DNA from: Vitrella brassicaformis CCMP3155
Lineage: Eukaryota > Protista > Chromerida
Assembly: GCA_001179505.1 (NCBI GenBank)
Contig: CDMY01000469.1
Location: 1-64,000 of the forward strand
Direction of reading: 5' to 3'
Length of the DNA: 64,000 nt
Shown here: positions 1 to 12,379 of the stretch, in pieces
Position numbering within the stretch: position 1 is the stretch's first letter
How the letters are laid out: each line of letters begins with the position of its first letter
The notes under the pieces: generated by a model
Database searches by the model: none
Told to the model about the DNA's origin: nothing
The model's input: the letters and a program-made list of their open reading frames with translations, nothing else
Made by a program: the position numbers and the translations under genes

Positions 1-1192
1 CGACTGCTCCAATCGTGGCAAAGTCCTCATTTCCTTGTTGCTGTTGTTCTTCCTCTTCGTAGACATCGAATTGGTTGGCGTATTGGCGATTGGGACGTCG
101 GTCGTTCCGTCTGTCGTTGGCTCGTGCTCGGGTGTTGTTCATAATGACGTCGCCATCCTTATCTCGTCGTTCTGTAGGGCGCCATGTTTGCTGCTGCTGC
201 CCTCCTCCCTGCTGCTGTCCGCCAGTGTGCCAGGTGCGCTGAGAGGATTGGGCATAAGTGGATGAGGCAGGTCGCCAGTAGTTGCTGCTCTGTCTGTTGG
301 TGTTGCTCGGCTGGTTCCTCCATCCATTGCCATTGTTCCTGTTGGTGTTGTTGTATCTGTTGTCAGGTCGTCTGTCAGTCCATCCCTTCCTCTCATCATC
401 ATGCTGACTACGCTGGTCTTGACGGTCATGTTGTCTTCCGGATGGACGGCCCCTCTGCTGATGTTGACGGTCTCGTTGCTCTCTTCGCAGCTGTTTCATG
501 CGGTCATTCGCGTTACGAAGAGCTTCTTCAAATTGCGGCCACGTCAGTGCTTCTCCACGATACGCGCGGGATGCTGACTCATGCGCCATGGTTGCCTTGA
601 ACATGTCGAATCTCTCAGGCAATGCCGATAGCATGACGGCGATCATCGTCTCGTCTGGCACTGTTGATCCGACTTCATGAAGGCGGCTGACGAGATAGCT
701 GAAGTCGCCAAGGGCGTCGTCAAGATCGTCCTTGATCATCTTCCAGCTGAAGAATCGCTGCAAGAGCTCGTGCTTGCATACGATACGATCAGGTATGAAC
801 CGCTTCCGCAGTTCTAGATACGCCCATGCACCATTCTCGCCGTGCTTCTGGTATGCTTCTTGAATCAGTCGCTTGGCCTTGTCTGCTGTCTGCAGGGCGA
901 GGAAGCCGAACAGCCATCGGAGGTTCTTGGCGTTGGAGCTCTCCTGCTCAATCAGGATTGGCTGTCCCTGCTGGTTCACCACGGGCTGATTATTGCCATC
1001 CATCTGTGGCACCGCTATCTTCATCGGCGGGACGTCCTCATCCTTAGTAGGTAGATAGACTTTCACATCCATCTCTCTTGCTGCCAAGTAGGCTCTGAGA
1101 GTAAAGTCCCATTCACGCCACTTGATGTCGTTCTCGCCACTCCTGCCGGTAAAGACGGGGAAGGTGGCCTTTGTCTCGAGATTGAGTGTCAT
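1..1192 (-). mobile_element. LTR retrotransposon gag-like ORF (copia/UBN2-type), runs off the window edge
   Basis: Manual translation from ATG at 1192 is open to position 1 (not in the ORF track because there is no stop in the window): MTLNLETKATFPVFTGRSGENDIKWREWDFTLRAYL...ELRKRFIPD...LVSRLHEVGSTVPDETMIAVMLSALPERFDMFKATM... followed by a Q/N/R-rich tail with DKDGDVIMN. Intronless, unlike host genes. Confidence 0.75.
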
Positions 1193-1286
1193 CTCTGCTG
1201 TCTGCTTTGTTGATGTTGTTGTTGTCTTTCTTCAAGTACTGCTAGTAGTTGACTGCTGCTGATACTGCGCAAGACACTGATAGACC

Positions 1287-1558
1287 TGTTAGGATCTGTC
1301 AGTTAGCTGGCGAAGACTTCGGCTCAGATAAGCAAGAACCAAGTTGCTGCGCCCATGAGCGAAAAAGGCCGGTGAGGACCTTTCCTGTAGTTAGCTGAAT
1401 AGAGGATCTGCTGGGCTTTCCTGTAGTTAGCTGAATAGAGGATCTGCTGGGCGGTAAGTCCCAGAGTAAGAGTGCTTTTACTTTAATAAGACCGATGGAC
1501 TGGTCAGTCAGTCAAAGTTGTTTATGTCCGTGTATGGCATCATGAAGGGTGGTCAACA
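1287..1558 (-). mobile_element. Candidate 5' LTR of the retrotransposon
   Basis: Begins TGTTAGGATCTG at 1287 and has AACA at 1555-1558 (TGTT...AACA); an alternative end is CAGATCTCA at 1559-1567. ATTAAA is present on the minus strand, and the segment sits about 95 nt upstream of the gag ATG. The second LTR is outside the window, so the boundaries are unconfirmed. Confidence 0.5.
1380..1451. repeat. Perfect 36-bp tandem duplication inside the candidate LTR
   Basis: ctttcctgtagttagctgaatagaggatctgctggg occurs twice (1380-1415, 1416-1451). Confidence 0.9.
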
Positions 1559-2009
1559 CAGATCTCACTTCGGTGATGGCTGATAAGATCGTGTCTCCTC
1601 AGAATGCTTTCCTTGTCTTTCCTTGTCTTCTCCTCTCTCTCTCCGTTACACAGCAATCTACCCTAGCTCACAAGCTCGCAGTGGTTCGTCTTGCCAAGCT
1701 GGCAATCCTGACACATGGTTCAGACACTGTGCACGTGTTTGCCTTCAGTGGCCTCTGCCATTCGCAGTCTCATTCATCTGTCGGTCGGGATCATCCATTC
1801 GATAGATCTTGCAGCGTTTCTCCTCTTTTGACTGTGATCCGCTCTTCAGGTGAACCATTGTCTGCTCTGCGTCCGTGACTTCTGAGCGAGAAGGCCCGTC
1901 AAGGTAGGCCTCAACGTCTGCGAATGCTGCCCACCTCGCCCATCCATCAGTTGCTGCACGATTCCCTGTATTGTCACATTGTCTGCCTCTCAGGTACTGA
2001 GTGCACGCC

Positions 2010-3191
2010 ATGGCTGCTCGGCCGCCACTGTCAGATGCATCGTTTCATTCGGTGACAACTGAGATGCTCCAGAATGTCATCGACGGTGAGGAGTCCGGGG
2101 GACGGCTGGACACACACGGCGAATTTCTACACGTGCTTCTCTGTGTGCATGCAGATCTCCGTCGTTCGACGGACAGAGAGCGACGGCAATACGATAAGCG
2201 CATCGAGGAGCTCGAGGCGCAAAGAGACGACTACAAGAGAGAGAGGGACGCCTACAGACGTGAGCGAGACGCTGCATTCGACAAGCTCAGAGAACTTGAG
2301 GCCAAGATTGCTGCCGATGAGCAGGCGCACAGCAACGTGGCTCGGACAGTTGTGCACGACGGCGGCCTCTACCACGGCTCCATCCGCAAAGTGGGCGGCA
2401 CCGAGGTGCCCCACGGGACGGGGCTGCTGCGATCGCTGGACGGCGAGAGAAAGCGCTATGAGGGCGAGTGGAAGGACGGCAAGCACCACGGCAAGGGCAA
2501 AGAGTTCAGCCAAGACAGAGCCGTCTATGAGGGCGATTTCGTGGATGGCAAGCGAGAAGGTCACGGTGAGGAGTTCATCAACGGCAAGGTGACCTACAGG
2601 GGCGTGTGGGTCAGAGGGGAGAAGAAGGGAGCTGTCGTGGCGACGGGCATGTGGTGGGAGGGCCATTTCTATCATGGTCCCACACTCGATGGCAGACCTC
2701 ACGGCGAGGGGGAGCTGCGGGACCACCATGACAAGATCGTCTATAAGGGTCAATGGACTAGCGGCCGTGGCCAAGGCGAGGAGTTCGACTCACAGGGCCG
2801 GGTGATTTACAGGGGCGAGTGGGCGGACGGCAAGCGGCACGGTCGTGGAAAGGCACTCGACGATGCAGGAAGGGCTACCTATGAGGGCGAGTGGACGGAC
2901 GGCAAGCGACACGGACAGGGCAAGGCCTACTACAACATCGGTTATGGTCCTGTGTTGTGGTTCGATGGCGAATGGCGAGAGGGCCTGGCCCACAGCGGCA
3001 CCCTCTTCCCTGACGGTGACCGCTGCGGACTGAAGAATGCCGACGGCATCCCTCGCTATCCCATCACACCCATTCGATGGCAGGCCGGACAGAAGATACC
3101 CAACACCAAGCTGCCTCCCAGCACATATGAATTGCATCACTTGCTGCAGAGTCAGGGTCTGTCGGGGTATTTCCCTGCTGGTGCACTGTGA
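2010..3191 (+). CDS. Coiled-coil + MORN-repeat protein, copy 1 (intact)
   Basis: N-terminal coiled coil (KRIEELEAQRDDYKRERD), repeated YEGEWKDGKxHGKG motifs, and the family C-terminus PVLWFDGEW...GYFPAGAL. Probable in-frame 69-nt intron at 2086-2154 (GTGAGG...TGCAG). Confidence 0.85.
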   Translation: MAARPPLSDASFHSVTTEMLQNVIDGEESGGRLDTHGEFLHVLLCVHADLRRSTDRERRQYDKRIEELEAQRDDYKRERDAYRRERDAAFDKLRELEAKIAADEQAHSNVARTVVHDGGLYHGSIRKVGGTEVPHGTGLLRSLDGERKRYEGEWKDGKHHGKGKEFSQDRAVYEGDFVDGKREGHGEEFINGKVTYRGVWVRGEKKGAVVATGMWWEGHFYHGPTLDGRPHGEGELRDHHDKIVYKGQWTSGRGQGEEFDSQGRVIYRGEWADGKRHGRGKALDDAGRATYEGEWTDGKRHGQGKAYYNIGYGPVLWFDGEWREGLAHSGTLFPDGDRCGLKNADGIPRYPITPIRWQAGQKIPNTKLPPSTYELHHLLQSQGLSGYFPAGAL

Positions 3192-3690
3192 TAGTGAGTC
3201 TGTCTCTCGTGGCTGGCTGGCGGGCTGTGTTTTCGGATGGCTGCATTCACAAAACAGAAAGACAGATAGACAGACAGAGAGGGCTGAGTCTCTTGGAGGG
3301 CTGGCTGTTTGTGTCTGTATCATGTGTGTATGTGCACTGAGAAGCAGAGGGAGAGGGAGGGAGGGAGGGAGAGAGAGGTTGCATTGGTGGTGCCTTGTGT
3401 TCTCAGGATGCTTCTGTGTGTCATGGTGTCTGTGTGGATGCAAGTGGCTCGATTGGACACGTCTGTGTGCGCCGACTTGCTGTCTGCTGTCTGCTTCTGT
3501 GCTCGCAGTTTCTCAATGAGAGCGTCCATTGAGTCGGTTGGTGTGACACTTGGGGCCTTGAATGAAGGCCCTCACAGCGAAATGCGACGGTTCTCACCGC
3601 ATCACAAGATTGAAAACATCCACGGATGCATGCAGGTCACACACGACGGTCTCAATCGCATTGCCCACACGCACACAGACAACACACCAC
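3191..3690 (+). repeat. 3' flank of MORN copy 1, duplicated at 46735-47275 (3' flank of copy 8)
   Basis: Collinear similarity with indels, including an identical 65-nt core (cgaaatgcgacggttctc...gcaggtcacac). Confidence 0.85.
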
Positions 3691-3775
3691 ATGCAGCAGG
3701 CAGCCAGGCGGCCAGCCCAAACAGGCTGTGTCCGTCTGTCTGTCTGGCTGCCCCACCCATGAGCGGTTCGGCTGC

Positions 3776-5425
<1,650 letters not shown>

Positions 5426-5585
5426 GGTTGCGAAGAGGCACCGAGAAGCGAAACACGCCACACACGGCTTGCGAGCTTAGCTGACAAGCAATCAGAAAGC
5501 TCGCAGGAGTGATTTGCCTTCTGATGGCGTGATTGACGTCATTGAGGCGTGCAGAGAGGCGTCGAGGTCAGATCGAGTGAAGAAA
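5426..5585. promoter_or_regulatory. 160-bp bidirectional promoter region between RPS4 and SOF1
   Basis: Divergent ATGs at 5425 (-) and 5586 (+); palindromic TGACGTCA near 5535-5542. Confidence 0.6.
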
Positions 5586-8221
5586 ATGAAGCTGAAGGTG
5601 CTTCATCACGACCCGGCTGCTCATGAGCGGAAGGCCGGGAAGATCACCAGGTACTACCGCAACCCCGACCCGCAGCTCCACCCATTCGAACGGGTAAGAC
5701 AGAAACAATGCGAAGAAAGTGCCTGAAATCGACTGCCGACTCATTGATTGTCTTTTGTCTGGCTGTGATTGATTCATTGTTTCTGTGTCAGGCTCGTGAG
5801 TACAATCGTGCGTTGGTGGCCACTAAACTTGACAAGATGTTCGCCAAGCCTCTGGTGGCCGTGCTGGACGGACACACAGACGCTGTCAAGTGCATGGCCA
5901 GGAGCCACAAACGAGTGGTATGCAGGAAGACAGGCATTCACTGTATGTGCCTGTGTGGATGTACGCGTGTTTGTCGCTGTTGCCTTGATTCATTCAGGCC
6001 GATCTGTTCACTGCGTCGTGTGACGGCGAGCTGCGCTTCTGGAACATGCCCACACGGACATGCACCAAGGTGCAAAACAAACGCCCACGCGCATACACAC
6101 AGACAGACCGACACACACACGGTCGATCTGCCGACATGTGTGTATCAGGCCATCTCTGCCCACGATGGGTTCATCCGCGGCCTGTGCGTATCGCCCGACG
6201 ACCGGCTGCTCTTTACGGGGGGGGATGACAAGTACGTCCGCACATCGAGTGGTGTGCTTGCGTGTGGGCGGCCTGGATGAGTGGACGTCTGTGTGTGTGT
6301 AGGTGCATCAAGACGTGGAAAGTGGAGAAGAATGAGGGCATGACCGCCATGGACTGGGATGAGGTATACAGACGAAGGCGGCACACATATGGACAGGCGA
6401 ATACTGTGTGTGGCTGTGTGTGTGTAGGTGCTTGACGAGGGCAACCTGGTTCGGGGCGAAGAGATCGACACATCAAAGCTGGCGAAGGAAGTGCCGGTCA
6501 GTCTACAGACACCCACTCACTCTCCTGCGAACACATGTACGTGTGTATGTGTGTGTCGGTCATCGATCAGGCGTTGAATGTGTACATGGCCAAGAGTGCC
6601 GTCACGAGCCTCGACCACCACTGGAGCAGACACCTACTCGGTCACCATCGCAGCCACACACACAACAAATGCCTACACACACATCCACTCATCCCTGTGT
6701 GTGTGTGTGCAGTGTCGACAGGCGACACGGTTGACATATGGGATCACCACCGGAGTGCGCCCATCCAGTCGTTCGAGTGGGGATGCGACTCAGTCATATG
6801 CGCAAGATTCAACCCTGCTGAGGTTAATGGACATCCTACGTGTCTACGTGTCAGTGTCATGCCTCTCGCTTTCTGTGTGTCTGTGTGCAGCCGTGTCTGA
6901 TCGCGTCCACTGCATCTGACAACACAGTCGGCCTCTACGGTGTGGATGAATGGATACACGCACATGTGTACATGGTGATCTGTTTCTCTGCTCTTTCGTT
7001 AGATTTGCGTGGAAGCTCACCGATAAGGAAAGTGCTCTTGAAGGTATTTGCCCACGCAGAGGACACATAAATCACATACACACGTGTGTGTGTGGCCCTC
7101 TGTGCATCAGATGCGGTCCAACGCAGTGAGCTGGAACCCCATGGAGCCACTCAACTTCACTGTGGTGCGCACACCTGCAGACAGGCACCTGACGTGTGTT
7201 GGTCCATCGGGGTGTGTGTGGAGGATGCAGGCGAATGAGGACTGCCATCTGTACACATTTGACATGCGCAAGCTGGACATAGCCCTCAACCTCCACAGGG
7301 ACTTCACAAACGCCGTGTACGCATGGCATCCACACACACTCATGTCCAGGCACAACACAATGTACGTGTGGATCTCTCTCTCTCTCTCTCTCTTAGGTTG
7401 GATGTGGACTACTCCCCGTCTGGGCGAGAGTTCGTCGCTGCCTCATACGACAGAACGGTACACCCACTCCGACATCCCATCCATCTCACCTACACACAAT
7501 ATCCATGAATGCCTGAATGTGTGTCGTGTTTATCAGATTCGCATCTTCCGTGTGTCCGAGAGCCGCAGCCGTGAGGTCTACCACGCCAAGAGGATGCAGC
7601 GGGTCCTCTGCTGCAGATTCACTGCCGACACCAGATACGTCGTATCAGGTACGTACACATAAAGACACATGTGTGCATCCATCCATCCATGCGTATGCGT
7701 GGGTGTGTGTGCAGGTTCTGAGGACACCAATGTGAGGGTGTGGAAGGCAGAGGCGTCCAAGCCTCTGGGACCGGTCAGTGAGTGATCCCACACTGGGTGG
7801 GCAATGATATCTCTGTGTGTGCATTACATTGTGTGGTGCAGCGGCCGTTTCGCGAGCGTCAGGCGATGGCCTATCGCGACGCACTGAAGCGGAAATTCCA
7901 ACACCTCAAGGAAATCAGACGAATCGCACGGTACAGACACACACACACAGGCGCGCATCTGCATCATGTGTGTGTCGATTGACTGTGTCTGCTGTAGGCA
8001 TCGTCACGTGCCGTCTCTGATCAAGAAGCACACAGAGAAGAGGAGAATCATGGCGCAGGCCAAAAAGAGAAAGGTACGCCACACACAAACAAACCTGCGC
8101 ACGCACAACCAGTTGTGTCACCATGTGTGTGTAGGAGGAGAATTTGCGTCGTCACTCCCGGCCTGGTGCGGTGCCCTTCGAGTCCGTCAGGAGGAAACCC
8201 ATCAAGAAACAAATCGAGTAG
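5586..8221 (+). CDS. DCAF13: SOF1/DCAF13 (WDSOF1) WD40 SSU-processome protein, multi-exon
   Basis: Spliced: MKLKVLHHDPAAHERKAGKITRYYRNPDPQLHPFER|AREYNRALVATKLDKMFAKPLVAVLDGHTDAV...WNPMEPLNFTVANEDCHLYTFDMRKLD...LDVDYSPSGREFVAASYDRTIRIF...SREVYHAKRMQRV...SGSEDTNVRVWKAEAS...LKEIRRIARHRHVP...KQIE*. Confidence 0.95.
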
Positions 8222-8716
8222 TGACCGTACATGTGCCGTCTCTCTCGTGTGTGTATGTCGTGTGTACAGACAACATTTGTGTGTTGCATGTGGACATCTG
8301 TGGCTTTTGTTGACATCTCGCCTGAGCGAACACCGTTGTCAAATGCGTCGCACACATGACAACACACACGCCTTAAGCAAAGTCGAGACAGCGATACATA
8401 GGAAGGCCATAGGCGCACGGAGCCATTGATATATGACGTACAGCCAGTCAGCCAGCCCGAGACAGACACACACAAACATGTCCAATCGACAAGATACTGA
8501 TAAGAGTGTTAAGATGGCGTGTCAGTCAATGTTAAAAACTTGAAATATCACTCCATTGACTCCAATGCACATATGGATGCGTGTGGGTCCTCAGACATAT
8601 GGGTGCACTCAGATGCCTCGTAAGTAACGACACAAGGCACCAACAATACAAACACAGGCCCCCAGACACATCACACACAACAGCCAGTGAGCCAGCCAAG
8701 AGAGATACGCTCACTA

Positions 8717-8850
8717 TCACAGGGCACCAGCAGGGAAACACACCAACACACCCCGATTCTGCAGCCACTGATGCAGACCTCCCAGCTGCTGCCCCGCCTG
8801 TTTGGGTAGCTTCTGTCCCGATTACCATCGGGTAGGGTGTGGCTGTGCTC
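8717..8850 (-). pseudogene. Remnant of the MORN-family C-terminus
   Basis: Minus strand reads ...RW*SGQKLPKQAGQQLGGLHQWLQNRGVLVCFPAGAL* followed by the family TGATAGTGAG 3' motif; no upstream MORN repeats. Confidence 0.75.
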
Positions 8851-9214
8851 CTACTGGGGCCAAGCTAGCACTCCCTTCGGTTCCGGTTCTCAAGCCGGGG
8901 CTGTCCCGACACCCCGACGGAGGAGGGAACGGTGAGTCAATGACGAGCAATTGGACATGAGTACGAGGAACGGCGGCGAGGAACGAACGCCTGCATCTGT
9001 GTCAGGTCAACATGCGGTTCAGAATCTTTCTGCGCCACCTGCGGGCCGACACGCTGCAACACAGGTATCGATGAACGCAAACACGACGCCTGTGAATGCC
9101 TTTCGCGCACCATCATGCCCAATCACACAAGTTCTGGGATGGGATCTCACTTCGTCGATGGGATGCCGCTTCGTCACATGCTTGCTCGTGTGGCTGTCAA
9201 CTGAGTACTTTCAG

Positions 9215-11238
9215 GTCCATATGGGTCTCTCCACCGCATTGACTCTTTAGATGAGACATGCGACAACAACGTCATGGCATCCACACAGACCGGGGATGGT
9301 AAGATATGCCAGTCGATGAGGCCAACTCACTGGAAGGTGGGTGTTTTGTCAGTAGCTGGTCGCCTTCTTACGGACGGGTGTCCTGCGGGACTCACATGCA
9401 ACGTTCCCACCTGTTTGAAGTGTATATCGAAGGGTGCTCTTGGCGGCGGGGAGTGCTATCGTGTCGTCCGACAGGGCACTAAACGAAAACCAAAAGTCAA
9501 TGATAAAATCGTCGTCGACAAGTGTGACGATTGCCCATCATCACTGTGTGAGTGGAGGCATCCTAACATCTGCAGTATTCCTCTTTTATTCCTTGTCTGT
9601 CTGCAGGTCGTGAGGACGTCGATGCCTGCAGCGTACGGTGGCGTGAGTACCCCTACGGGGACGATCAGCGTAATTGGCTAGTGTGTACAATGGCCCATGA
9701 CTGGCAAATGCCGTCGGTGCGCGTGGGAGATGTGATAGAATGGGTCTCCAAATCGACGGCGGCGGTCCCTTCCAAATCGAGAAGTGTGTTGGTTGCCTGT
9801 TATCACCCTCATGACTCGCTCTCTTGTGTTATCGTCCGCGATGCCTTCACTACGACGCACAACGGCATCACGGCTCGCATGGGGACCTTCCAATGCTCGG
9901 GTGTGAACAACGCCTTCGGCCACACGCTTGAGCTCGTGGACATCAAATATTATGGGAATATTCCAAGCGGCACCTATGACGGCTCTGTGTGGCGCGATGG
10001 GAGGTTCCTGGAGAAGCCTGGTATCTGGCTTTCTCACCAGATCCAGGATACTCCGTCCACGATTTGCCAAGGCACTTATGTCGAGAACTCGAATGGCTGC
10101 ATCCTTGTTGGCGAGGGAATAGCGCTGGACGACGAAAAGGGGCCGATGGTGACGGCGAGTGAAGATACCATGAATGCCATACTCGAGGGGGTGGATATTG
10201 AAGGCACCAAGGAAGAGGACTGTCCCCCCCAATCTCTTACGATTCGGAATATCACTATCACAATCCACACACCCTGTTCTGAGGGCCTTCCTATCAGAGT
10301 ACCTGAAAGGGGTGACATATGCTATCGCATCGTGCGGCAGGCTGAGGACTACCTATGGTACTGGGAGCGTGGGATTGTGAAGGGATTGCCGGGGCCATCA
10401 CCCAAACTCACTGATACTGTCACGTTCGAAGAATGTGAGTCACAGAGACATCAGCACCTGCAGCACCCCTCTCTCCGTACATCCAACTGTCGTTGGTTGC
10501 TATCTGTCTTGTCTGGTTGCAGGGTTCACCTCAGCACCGTGGTGGCCTGCAGGCGACGCCGGATTTATGAGAGAGCGAAGGGAGGTACCCATGTCTGAGA
10601 TTCCCGAGGACGATGGGATTCGCGATATAGCTCTGTCGCTGCGCGTGGGAGACAAAGTGGAGTACTTCTATCCAGAGCAGCCCTCCCCTATATTTGAAGT
10701 CCGCTTCGTGGCCTGCAGCTGCCTCTCTACCCTCTCTTGTGTCATCACCCGCGATGCATCCCCAACCACACACAACAACATCACGGCTCGCTTGGGGACC
10801 TTTCAATGCTCGGGCGTCAACAGCGCCTCCGGCCACACGCTCGAGCTCGAAAACCAACTGAAGGGGCATATTCCAACCGGCACCTATGATGGCTATGTGA
10901 GGCGTGATCCGGGATCGAAGAACCTGGGCCCTCGCATCGAGCTGAAGAATGTGGATGGCTTCGAGCGCATCCAGATTCACGAAGGCAACTACGTCCGCAA
11001 CACGGAGGCCTGCATCCTCCCTGGCACACGAAGAGCCATGCATGACATAGAGGGACCGATGGTGAAGGATAGCAAACCCACCATGAAGGCCATACTGGAG
11101 GGGGTGGAGGACAAGAACACCAAGATCATCATCACAGTCCAGGGGGGCGATCAGACAACTGCTGACGCAGCGAAGCACACGGGCAAGTCATGGTGGGGCG
11201 GGGTGGCAATGGCGGTGCTCATGTGGGCGATGCTGTAG
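9215..11238 (+). CDS. Protein with two tandem [FKBP-like + DUF5675-like] modules and a C-terminal hydrophobic tail; 5' end uncertain
   Basis: Introns at 9524-9606 and 10435-10522 (both phase 1) join the ORFs. Module 2 reads GHTLELENQLKGHIPTGTYDG...RIELKNVDGFERIQIHEGNYVRNTEACILPG. Module 1 reads GHTLEL...IPSGTYDG...ICQGTYVENSNGCILVG. The protein ends WWGGVAMAVLMWAML*. Confidence 0.7.
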
Positions 11239-11773
11239 CCATTGTTCAGCTGAAGACATGGATATGCACATCCGCGGTGGGTGCGTGTGATGTGCTTTGG
11301 TACACGCATGCTGCAGTTGGTGTGTTTGGGGCGCTGCATGGTAGGGATAATCAGGCTGCTGTGCAGACAGGTTAAATGTGGCTGAGAGAGGTTTAAAGTG
11401 TTCTCGCGTATAGACTCATTCACTTTCTGCTCGTCTTTTTCCCTATGTCCCCTATATCTCTCATCGCTGAACGGAACTTTTCCTTCTACCTTTGGCGCGG
11501 GGTTTCTATCAGAGCAGTCGCCACATGTGTGCACGTCCTTGCAAGACGCTCTGCGCCAGTGTAATATTCTTTCAATCAATTTTGCAGCGCATGGAAGGGT
11601 CATGCGATTCCTCTTGAGATGGAGATACAACTCACACGAACACTTGAGATGGTGAATTGCGCAATTCAATGGATTTTTGATCGATCCAAGTACGCACTGA
11701 GCCATCCTCACACACGGACACGGAATGGAGACGTGTGTGGTGTTGTGTCTTGCGTGTGTCGATTGTGTCTGTC

Positions 11774-12036
11774 GTAGGCATCGTCACGTGCCGTCTCTGA
11801 TCAAGAAGCACACAGAGAAGAGGAGAATCATGGCGCAGGCCAAAAAGAGAAAGGTACGCCACACACAAACAAACCTGCGCACGCACAACCAGTTGTGTCA
11901 CCATGTGTGTGTGTAGGAGGAGAATTTGCGTCGTCACTCCCGGCCTGGTGCGGTGCCCTTCGAGTCCGTCAGGAGGAAACCCATCAAGAAACAAATCGAG
12001 TAGTGACCGTACATGTGCCGTCTCTCTCGTGTGTGT
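11774..12036 (+). pseudogene. Near-identical duplicate of the last two SOF1 exons, their intron and the stop codon
   Basis: Matches 7994-8254, apparently differing only by an extra GT in the intron microsatellite; no upstream SOF1 exons are present. Confidence 0.9.
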
Positions 12037-12379
12037 GTGTGTGTGTGTGTGATGTGTGTACAGACAGCCTTTTGTGTGTGTGATGCATCTGGACATGTGT
12101 GAGACGTCACTGTTAAAATCTTCTGTGATTCCTTGATGACGTCACTGGAAACAGAGGGCGTTCGTTCGAGGCATCAACACACTGAGTCTCACACATGACG
12201 ACAAGATCACTCACCCACGTCTTCACCCACGTCTTACCAAACACACCGAACAGACAGACGCAAGCTCGTCAAACAGACTAGCACACTTAAAACAACGTGT
12301 TCAATCGAGCCACTGACAGAATGGGACAAAAAAGCAACCTCTCTCTCCCTCACGTCCGTCTCCCCCGGCCCAACATTGA

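Noticed and set aside
1287-1460. Repeated gttagctg/ggatctg units as a possible CRISPR-like array
   Set aside because: Only an exact 36-bp tandem duplication without unique spacers, inside an LTR in a eukaryotic genome.
2001-3191. Calling the MORN proteins PIP5K, junctophilin or RSPH1 orthologues
   Set aside because: No kinase domain or TM anchor is present; only generic MORN repeats are shared, so no gene symbol was assigned.
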